Below are positions 63,780-64,000 of a stretch of DNA of 64,000 nucleotides, piece by piece. Within the stretch, counting starts at the first letter, position 1; each line of letters opens with the position of its first letter. The stretch comes from Felis catus. Lineage: Eukaryota. Location of the stretch: contig NC_058379.1 in assembly GCF_018350175.1 (NCBI RefSeq), positions 76,694,001 through 76,758,000 of the forward strand, written 5' to 3'. The notes under the pieces were generated by a model, which worked only from the letters and a program-made list of their open reading frames with translations, had not been told where the DNA came from and did no database searches. Position numbers and translations under genes: made by a program.

Positions 63780-64000
63780 CTGCTATCCCTTCCACTCCCT
63801 TTGCTAACTGCGTGTTGTCCACACTGTGGAACTGAATTATCTGTCTTAAGACACCAACAGCTTCCTGTTCACCAAATCCGGACACCTACGTTTGCTTAGC
63901 ACCCTCTTCTTCAACCTTTATGTAGCCCTTGACCCTTAACTCTCTTGGCTCCTGGCTCTCCCTTCCTCTCTGACCACTCCTTTTGTTATGTCTTCTCCAG
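63780..64000 (+). mobile_element. Probable L2 ORF2-region fragment
   Basis: gaactgaatt..caccaacagcttcctgttcaccaaatcc..tgtagcccttgac..ctctctgaccactcctt resembles the decayed L2 RT region. Confidence 0.5.

Larger units (their letters stand above)
16152..64000 (+). other. NEDD4L: NEDD4L intron 2 (partial); the next exon (DPYVKLSLY...) is not seen in the window
   Basis: Begins GTATGT after exon 2. No DPYVKLSL-coding sequence noticed downstream. Confidence 0.8.

Noticed and set aside
63926-64000. AG-free pyrimidine tract with ctgac branch-like motif, ending in CAG at the window edge
   Set aside because: It resembles pyrimidine-rich L2-derived sequence and the downstream sequence is not visible. 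As I recall the human intron length, the next NEDD4L exon is expected further away.
1-64000. CRISPR arrays, operons, intact retroviral or L1 ORFs, miRNA/snoRNA genes
   Set aside because: None seen. The dispersed ~200-bp repeats are SINEs with TSDs, all L1/LTR pieces are decayed, and no recognisable small-RNA gene was found by eye.

Overview
This is mammalian genomic DNA from a cat-family (Felidae) genome, judged from about 38 tRNA-derived CAN-SINEs that include young SINEC_Fc-type copies. The window lies inside the NEDD4L (Nedd4-2, HECT E3 ubiquitin ligase) gene on the + strand. I can support only one coding exon: the 74-nt exon 2 at 16078-16151 ([25 protein letters not shown], start of the C2 domain), which the ORF track misses. 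A GC-rich, ATG-free block ending in a perfect G|GTAAGT donor at 43595/43596 is very probably an internal alternative first (5'UTR) exon that gives C2-less isoforms. It sits in a ~9-kb SINE-free zone. The rest is intron: SINEs, L1/L2 fragments, a MER34-like solo LTR, an MLT1 LTR, Tigger1/MER5A/MER20/MER58 DNA-transposon fossils, simple repeats and a 163-nt N gap. I found no convincing new biological system. The most unusual observations are the internal promoter/exon architecture and several retrotransposition oddities: a SINE dimer under one TSD, three insertions at one target site, an antisense SINE-in-SINE, a tail-only insertion, and antisense bias of the young SINEs. Gene and repeat names come from recalled sequences, not database searches.
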